Of a stretch of DNA of 64,000 nt, positions 55,501 to 64,000 are shown one piece after another. The stretch is from NCBI RefSeq assembly GCF_009914755.1, contig NC_060927.1, one strand, 5' to 3'. The stretch comes from the human T2T-CHM13v2.0 reference genome, Homo sapiens. Position numbers and translations under genes: made by a program. Below the pieces are notes generated by a model, which was given only the letters and a program-made list of their open reading frames with translations, was not told the origin of the DNA and did not search any database. Each line of letters opens with the position of its first letter. Position 1 is the stretch's first letter.

Positions 55501-56901
55501 GCACGCAAGGAGGATGCACTGTTTGGCATTTCCTAAATGTACTTGACCACGGAACACCATTTTTCTCCTGAGGTTTAGGAAATGGTGCTATGATATAGAT
55601 TAGTTTTCTATGAATAACTTGGCTTTATGCCTTCATATACCTTTTCTCTCTACTCATGTAGAAACTCTTCTTCAGCTTCATGTTTTAATAATGGAAGAAC
55701 TTAGTGATGTTTCATATCTAGAGATTTTTCTCTAGGTCCTTCTCATCGATAAGACCTGTTTCAAGATATGGCAAGCCCTAGTTCTGATCTCTGGGGTCCT
55801 CACCATTTATAGACTTCCATTAGTCCTGTTGTGACTTAATTGTTTTGTTATATTTTTGGTGGCCTCCTACACTATGGAAGACTTTCTGAAAGCCCATATC
55901 TCATGCTAAATTTAGCTGGATTTTTAACAGCCTTGATTGATTGCTGGTCTTAATGGAAGAAAATGTGATCCTTTCTCTTCCTCCCTTGTCATTAAATTAT
56001 TACTAATCTATGACCAGAGGAAGCAGCCACTGCATACGTGGGTGTATTTTTAAAAATTGTGACACATCATCAAGATGGATATACTTGCCCCTTTAATTCA
56101 ACAGGCACCTGTTGAATGCCTGTGCATGCAAACATGATGCTGGGCTGAGCCCTGGGGCTTACCCTGAAGAGCTTTGGAGCCCACAGCAGAACTCCCAGCC
56201 AGGCTCATCCACCACTACAGCCACAACCATCCCTACCTGGAGAAAGGGGCTAAAAGAAGCCCATGGGATTAACAGACATTCTGAAACACCAACCCTTAGG
56301 AAAGGAGTAGAAATGGGAGTTGGGATTAAAAGCAGAGGTGAGGTTAAAGGGTTTGAACAAAATGGGCCTGATCTTGGGCTTCTGAAGTCCTGTATAGTGT
56401 AAGTGCTGACCTGAGGGCCTGTGGCTCTCCTGTAGTGAGGGAGGATCCAACTGGAGTATGACTTCCACCTCTGCATGGCCAGCCTGGTGACGTGAAGCAC
56501 ATTTCTTATGTCAGGTTCCCAGTTTCCTCTTCTGTAAAATGGAGGCAGCATGGGATTGTAATGAGGATTAATGGAGCTCATTTACCTGAACGCCCCAGAG
56601 GGTGCTTAGCAAATACTTTATGCTTCTTGTGGGTCCATTACTTTCCCTTGCCTGTTTTTTTAGGGACCCTGGAGTGTTACCCTGGCTTCTGATTAAAAGC
56701 TAGGTTGGCAGATGCAAGCACACATGCCTCCTATAGTGTTGTCCTAGACTGGGGTGGTGTTAGTGGTCAGGCAAATAATTGATCACTCTGTGTTCTCAAG
56801 ACAAGCAATGGGTAAGAAGACAAGGCCACGGAGGTCAAAGATACAGAAAGATAATTGCCATATATGCTATGCAGCCAGTTCCCCTACCTCATGTGATTGT
56901 A

Positions 56902-57248
56902 GAGTGGTTCTTACACTAGGGTGGCATAGAATCACCTGAAGGGCTTGTTTAAACAGATCATGGGTGGTGGGTACAGCATTTCAGGTGCGGAAGATGAAAG
57001 GTTCTGGAGGTGGATGGTGGTGATGGTTGCAGAATAATGAAAATGTACTTAATGCCATAGAACTGGACACTTGAAAATGGTGAAAGTGATACATCTTATA
57101 TTGCTCTCCCTGCCCCATCACAAATAGATTGCTAGGCTCACTCCTTATAGATTCTGATTCTGTACCTCTGAGGTGGACCTTAAGAGTCTGCATTTGTAAC
57201 ATTCCCACGTGATGCTGCTGGTCTAGGGACCCCAGTGTGGAACCCTTG
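56902..57248. mobile_element. MER5A-like element interrupted by an L1MB-like 3' fragment (about 56959-57121)
   Basis: MER5A halves flank gttctggaggtggatggtggtgatggttgca...; aaacagat/aaatagat near-TSD. Confidence 0.65.
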
Positions 57249-57550
57249 CTGACTGGGTTGGGAGTGACGTTGGGAACTGTTTCGCCAGAAATACTGGGGA
57301 CCCTTGAGTGGTAATGGAATTGGTTGTATATTTTAGTATGATAGTTCTTATAGATGATAAAGACCTCAGAAAAATCTCACTATGTCCATGCCCAAGAGTT
57401 CCACCATGAGCACATGCCTTGAGGGCAGTGACCCTGGCTCCTATTGTCTCTGTCTCTCTATATCTATAACTTTTAATCTTGAAATAGTTTAAGATTCATA
57501 AGAAGTTATAACTCATAAGAAGTTTTAACTCATAAAAAGTCAAAATAGTA

Positions 57551-57815
57551 CAATAGTCCCCCCTTATCCATTGGGAATACATTCTAAGACCCCTAGTAGA
57601 TGCCTGAAACTGTGGGTAGTCCTGAACCCTTTATCTGCTGTTTTTTCAATCTGATAACTGAGACAGCTAGTAAGGGATTAATGGGTAGTAGTGTAATAGC
57701 ATGGATGTGCCGGACAAAGGTGTGATTCCCATCCTGGGCAGTATGGCATGAGATTTCATCACACTACTCAGAATAGCATGCAGTTTAAAACTTGTGAGGA
57801 TGAGGGGAACTACTC
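57551..57815 (-). mobile_element. MER44-like Tigger element inserted into an antisense L1M remnant
   Basis: ta|caatagtccccccttatcc ... ggatgaggggaactactc|ta TIRs with TA flanks. Confidence 0.75.
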
Positions 57816-58461
57816 TATGGAAAGATTCAGGTACCCTTTACCCGGCTTTTCCCAATGATAACATCTTACATATACATAGTACATTATCAAAAGTAGGAAA
57901 CTGTTATTGGTTTAATACTATACATTCTTTTAAAAGAGTGCTCAACTCAAGATTAGGAATCTATTTTTCAACTACCATTAGCCCCACTTTGGCAAGGCCA
58001 GGTGGGATAAGTGCTGGGGCTCCTATGGTGGGTGTGCTGCAGTCTTCAGCAGAGCTTGGCTACAGAGGAGAAAGATCTAAACTGGACCAATTTCATATGG
58101 TCATTGCCTCTGGCTTGTGGCTGATCATCTTGTTCTTTGGAATTGACTGTCTCATGAAATAGTGAGTTTCTTGTCACCAGAGAGATTTAAGCAAGAGCCA
58201 TGGAATCCCTGTCCCCAGCACTGAGAAGGAACATGAACCATGTATTCCCTGAATGTCTTATTCCTTAAAAATCCTGTGATTCTATCAATTGTTTTGTTAG
58301 AGTTTGTGGCTGACATTGATTACACTATGAGTCATGTGACATTCCATGTTGATGTAGTTGCCAAAATGCTCGCCTTCCTGGGTTCTGCTTTCATTAGTTT
58401 GAGAGAGGAGCTGAGCCACAGAAAAGGGGCTGGAGTCTGCTAGATTAATGAAGATTTGGGA

Positions 58462-60804
58462 TGTGTAGTCTGTTTTCACACTGCTGATAAAGACATACCC
58501 GAGATTGGGTAAATTATAAAGAACAAGAGGTTTAATGAACGCACAGTTCCACATGACTGGGGAAGCCTTGCAATCATAGCAGAAAGCGAAAGGCACGTCT
58601 TACATGGATGGTGGCAGGCAAAGAGAGAGAACTTGTGCAGGGGAACTCCTCTTTATAAAACCATCAGATCTCATGAGACTTACTCACTATCATGAGAACT
58701 GCATGGGAAAGACCCATCCCCATGATTCAACTACCTCCCACTGGGTCCCTCCCATGACAGTGAGAATTGTGGTAGCTACAATTCAAGATGAGATTTGGGT
58801 GGGGACACAGCCAAGCCATATCATTCCGCCCCGGCCCCTTCCAAATATCATCTCATCACATTCCAAAACCAATCATGCCTTCCCAACAGTCCCCCAAAGT
58901 CTTAACTCATTTCAGCATTAACTCAAAAGTCCACAGTCCAAAGTCTCATATGAGACAAGGCAAGTCCCTTCCACCTATGAGCTTTTAAAATTAAAAGCAA
59001 GTTAGTTACTTCCTAGATACAATGGGGGTATAGGCATAAGGTAAATACACTCATTCCAAATGGGAAAAATTGGTCAAAACTAAAGGCTAAATGCCCCCAT
59101 GCAAGTCCAAAACCCAGCGGGGAAGTCAAATCTTAAAGCTCCAAAATGATCTCCTTTTACTTCATGTCTCACATCTGGGTCATGCTGATGCAAAAGATAG
59201 GCTCCCATGGACTTGGGCAGCTCTGCGTCTGTGGCTTTGCAGGGTATAGCACCCCACCTGGCTGCTTTCACTGGCTGGCATTGAGTATCTGTGGCTTTTC
59301 CAGGTTCATGGCACAAGCAGTTGGTGGATCTACCATTCTAGGGTCTGGAGGATGGGGGCCGTCTTCTCACAGCTCCACTAGGCAGTGCCCCAGCAGGAGT
59401 TCTGTGTGGAGGCTCTGACCCCACATTTCCCTTCCACACTGTCCTAGCAGAGGTTCTTTATGAGGGCCCCCGTGAGGGCCCCACTCCTGCAGCAGATTTC
59501 TGCCTGGGCATCCAGGCATTTCCATGCATCCTCTGAAATCTAGGCAGAGGTTCCCAAACCTTAATTCTTGACTTTGTGCAAGCTGCCAAGGCTTGGGGCT
59601 TGTGCCCTCTGAAGCAACAGCTCAAGCTGTACCTTGGCCCCTTTTAGCCATGGCTGGAGTGGCTGGGACACAGGGCACCAAGTCCCTAGGCTGCACAGAG
59701 CAGGGGGACCCCAGGCCTGGCCCATGAAACCATTTTTTCCTCCTAGGCCTCCAGGCCTGTGATAGGAGGGGCTGCCATGAAGACTTCTGACATCCCCTGG
59801 AGACATTTTCCCCATTGTCATGGCGATTAACATTTGGCTCCTCAGTACTTATGCAAATTTTTGCAGCCAGCTTGAATTTCTCCTCAGAAAATGGATTTTT
59901 CTTTTCTATCGCATTGTCAGGCCACAAATTTTCCAAACTTTAATATTCTGTTTTCTTTTTAAAACTGAATGAATTTAACAGCACCCAAGTCACATCTTGA
60001 ATGCTTTGCTGCTTAGAAATTTCTTCCACCAGATACCCTAAGTCATCTCCCTCAAGTTCAAAGTTCCACAAACCTCTAGAGCAGGGGCAAAATGCCACCA
60101 GTCTCTTTGCTAAAACAGCAAGAATCACCTTTACTCCAGTTCCCAACAAATTCCTCATCTCCCTCTGAGACCACCTCAGCCTAGATTTCGTTGTCCCTAT
60201 TATTATCAGCATTTTGGTCAAAGCCATTCAACAAGTCTCTAGGAAGTTCCAAACTTTCTCACATTTCCTGTCTTCTTCTGAACCCTCCAAACTGTTCCAA
60301 CCTCTGCCTGTTACCCAATTTCAAAGTCGCTTCCACATTTTCAGATATCTTCACAGCAATAGCCCCCTCCTGGTACCAATTTACTGTATTAGTCCGTTTT
60401 CACACTGCTGATAAAGACAACAATACCCCACTCCTGGTACCAATTTACTGTATTAGTCCATTTTTACACTGCTGATAGACACTGAGACTGGGTAAATTAC
60501 ACAGAAAAAGAGGTTTAATGGACTCACAGTTCCATGTGGCTGGGGAGGCCTCACAATCATGGTAGAAAGCAAAGACATGTCTTACATGGGTGGCAGCAGG
60601 CAAGAGAGAGAACTTGTGCTGGGGAACTCCTCATTATAAAACCATTAGATCACATGAGACTTATTCACTTTCATGAAGACAGCACAGGAAATACCTGTCC
60701 CCATGATTCAGTTACCTCCCACTGGGTCCTTCCCATGATAGTGAGAATTGTGGAAGCTACAATTCAAGATGAGATTTGGATGGGGACACAGCCAAACCAT
60801 ATCA
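58462..60804 (-). mobile_element. Full-length THE1 (THE1B/C-like) MaLR: 3' LTR 58462-58823, internal region, 5' LTR about 60449-60804
   Basis: Two homologous LTRs of about 360 bp ending ...ccatatca; tggga/tgggg near-TSD; PBS-like tggtaccag next to the right LTR and a purine-rich tract next to the left LTR (minus strand). Confidence 0.93.
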
Positions 60805-61013
60805 TGGGGGTAGAGTTGAGGGAAGGAGAGAACATTCCAGGGATAGGAAATAGCACATGCAAAGGTCCTGTGGCATGGCCTTTATGTGTAAAGGAGATAT
60901 TGATAAACCTTGGTATGAAAGACTGTAGGTCTCTGGGTGCAAAGTAATGGCTGAGCATGAAGCTGAATTAGACTTGGCCACTAGCTTACTTTGCTGTTGA
61001 CAGAATGTTGGTA

Positions 61014-61363
61014 CAGATTGAGCATCCTTAATCTGAAAATCTGAAATCTGAAATGTCCCAAAATCTGAAACTTTTTGAGTGCTGACATGACACCACAAGT
61101 GGAAATTCTACACCTTACCTCATGTGATGAGTCACAGTTAAAACTTTTATTTCATGCCCCAAATTATTTCAAATATTGTATAAAGTTACCTTTATAGGTC
61201 ATGTGTAGAAGGTGTATATAAACATAAATGAATATGAAGTTTAGCCTTTAGTCCCATCCTCAAAGTATCTCTTTATTATATGGAGATATTTCAAAATCTG
61301 AAAAAATCCAAAATCTGAAAGACTTCTGGTCCCTTATATTTCAATTAAGGGATATGCAACGTG
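61014..61363. mobile_element. Tigger4/MER46-like TcMar element
   Basis: ta|cagattgagcatcctt...aagggatatgcaacgtg|ta with repeated aaatctgaaa subterminal motifs. Confidence 0.75.
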
Positions 61364-62920
61364 TACTTCTGCAGCTGCCTTGAGAATGCATATCATTGAA
61401 TAATGTTAGTGGGAGGTTTTAAACTATCTGAAGATCACACAACTGTGAGAGCCCAGCTCCCCTGAAATGCGTAGGGTTGGTCAGTGATTTTGCTATGCGC
61501 CAAAGCAGCTGCCTTGATCCCTCAGAGCCCCGGCATTTCTGCCCGGGGTTTGGCCACCCCTGGCCTTGGCTGACTTCTCATGGATGCAGCAAAAACCCAG
61601 TAGGATGCACCTCTCAAGTGGTTGGCAGCTTTTACTGGACAGCTTTAGAGTCCTGTGGGTTATTCTGGTTGTTGCTATTCTTAAATATTGAGTGTCCAAA
61701 AGATTCGTGAACTGCATCTCAGCTGGGTGGGACCCTTTGGGACAGGAGTAGGGGAATAATGCCGTCGTTAATTGCAAAGAGGAGTTTTGGGACCAGGTTG
61801 TCTTATAGGTTTATTTTGAACAACTGATAGGCTTGGTATTGCTGGAAGTGGATAGATTTGGGTTGCCTGTGTCTAGCAGGTGGCTTCCTTTTCCAGTATG
61901 TTGCCCACTGGTCTCATCTATCAGACTCACTTGAGAGTATTTCATTATTCATCTAATAAAGGAGTATGTGAGATTCCCAGAGGAGGAGGATCTACTTCTG
62001 TACTTGACCTGGGTGAGGACCACTGGGAACATTTGCACCTTTCACCATTGCAAACTTTGACATGTGAGAGTTTCCAGAAATACAGAGATTCTTATTTTAA
62101 TCCTTTTTCTTTTTAACTGCAGAAGGGAAATAATAATGGGATAGAATAACTGCAGGGAGTAGAGAGATGAGAAAACATTAGAAAAAATAGTACAGAAGTA
62201 GAGCTGGATGAGAATCCAAGTTATGAGAACCTATTGATGAGAGGCATGCAGAAATAAAAAGCCCAAATTCAGTGATCTAAATCAGGGCTCAGATGAGGCT
62301 GTTTGTATTGCACGGTAGGAATATATCCAGAAACAGTGGGCCTTTTATAAATTAAGCCTGCCATTCTCCAATTGCTTAAGACACTGAGGCCCATCAGGCC
62401 AGAAACATATGACCCACTTTTTCTGAGAAGGAACTTTCCCTTTAGGAGTGGTAATTTAGAAGAAAAGAACAAGCCCAATGAATAGTCCCTTATGGGAGGC
62501 ATCTCAGCAGAGGCCCTTTTTGGGGGCAGGAGGGATTGCATAGCAATACTGCCTACCCAGAGTTGTTGTTCCCAGGCTAGGGTCCAAATCAGGGCAGGGA
62601 GATCTACTGGAGGCAGCGTATCACACACTAGTTGTCCAAGAGATGGAGAGAGAGTGCAAAATCTGAGCTGTGCTTATGGGAAGCTCGGAGTCTCACAAAA
62701 CTACACCCATGCTGCCCATGGTTTATGTTTAATGAATGAAATGATGATTAAGATAGGACAATTGGACAAAAAGGCTGGGCCTTCTTAGGTGGGTATTGAG
62801 TGGGAAGTGATTCAAGAGGCCAGACATTCTGTCTGGATATTAGCTGGAAGTGGGGCTGGACAAGATGAACTAGAGCCCTCTTGTGGTCCCATCATTCAGG
62901 CCTGTAGCTTTCATTTGAGA

Positions 62921-63105
62921 CCAGTGGTTCTTAAACTTTTGCAGGGATCAGAATCACCTGGAGGACTTGCTAAAGCACAAATTGCTGGGCCCCACCCCAG
63001 CGTTTCTGATTCAGTGGGTCTGGGGTTGGGACTAGGAGTGCATTTCAAAGCACTTTCTGGAGATATTGATGCTGCTGGTCCTGGGACCACACTCTGAGAT
63101 ACAGT
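62921..63105. mobile_element. MER5A-like element
   Basis: cagtggttcttaaactt...agaatcacctggagg...gatgctgctggtcctgggaccacact. Confidence 0.8.
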
Positions 63106-63777
63106 AATCTAGACCATGAAGGAGGTCTGGATCCTGGGGAGGGAATCCGCTTTCTGCTTTCTTAGGCACTAGGAAGGCAAGGAGATACTTGGGGCTGGAA
63201 GGTGGCAGGGGAGCATGGAAGGGAGGAGTCCTTGTCCATCGTGTCTCACCATCTGAGGAGCTGTCATCCTTTATTCATCCTGCCCTTCTGCTTGCCCTCA
63301 GTCTCAGAAATTCCAAAAGACAGCTTATGACCCTGCATTTTTGGTTAAAGAAAGGAGGGAACTGAACTGTCTGCTCTATGAATTCTGGGCTAGTGGGGAT
63401 CATGGGGATTTTGTAAATTATTTTGGTAGCCCGTTGAGTTTTGTCTCAGGATTTCAGCGGAATCCAAACCATGTGACATGGACCATTATCATTCAGCTGC
63501 CACCTCCTGGATCCTGCCCTGTAAACATGCCCAGGGGTCTCTGAGGATGGACGCGTGTCATTCACACACCAAGTGTGTTAGAGACAACAGAAAACCTTGT
63601 TTTTTTCCTGTGTTCTGGTGAAAGTCTTTTCTGTCTTTCCCTTTGTTTCTTCGAGGGAGCTTGAGTGGCAGGATTATTATTAAGAGTACTTTTTAAGTTC
63701 CCAACAATTAGATAGGAAATGAACTGAATGGGAGTTCACATTTTATCTTCAGGAAAATGACCGCAAGAAGGCCTTAC

Positions 63778-63990
63778 TGTGGGGTGGTTAAGAGCATGGC
63801 CTGGCTTTGGAATGCCTGGATTGGGAATCCTTGTTTTGTCACATCATCGCTGTGTGATCCTAAGCCAGTGATGTGACCTCCCTGCACTTCAATTTCCTCA
63901 CCTCTAAAGTTGGGATAATACTACAACTTATTTAGTAGGATTGCTGTAAGGACCAAATAAGATAATATAGCTCATGCAGTTAGAATTGGA
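63778..63990 (+). mobile_element. MIR SINE
   Basis: gtggttaagagcatgg...aatttcctcacctctaaag...ggattgctgtaaggac. Confidence 0.75.
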
Positions 63991-64000
63991 CCTGTCACTT

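Noticed and set aside
58604-60947. ORFs inside THE1 as retroviral gag/pol
   Set aside because: MaLR elements are non-autonomous; the ORFs are short, in mixed frames and lack RT or integrase motifs.

Overview
This window is human (or very closely related ape) genomic DNA from inside the integrin alpha-9 gene (ITGA9), + strand. It holds eight internal coding exons (97-165, 5187-5324, 8928-9033, 10698-10792, 14958-15048, 17463-17508, 24718-24872, 33828-33988), probably exons 8-15; the numbering is from memory. All have AG/GT boundaries and splice into one stop-free 861-nt frame (287 aa). That frame encodes beta-propeller blades with three DxD/NxD/NG Ca2+-binding loops and the start of the thigh domain. 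The last 30 kb belong to one very long intron. The rest is intronic and rich in repeats: Alus, truncated L1s, L2, MIR, hAT and Tigger-type MER DNA transposons, MaLR/ERVL LTRs (including a full-length antisense THE1 element) and microsatellites. Almost all ORFs in the supplied track are repeat-derived or chance ORFs. I found no evidence of a new protein-coding or prokaryote-style system. The most interesting items are testable RNA-level hypotheses (stop-free circRNA potential, a miR-1302-like MER53 hairpin, an intronic poly(A) site, a UG tract), small tandem duplications (one creating a G4-capable motif, one duplicating the THE1 LTR/primer-binding-site (PBS) junction) and nested transposon insertions. 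Repeat subfamily names were recognised by eye and should be confirmed with RepeatMasker/Dfam.
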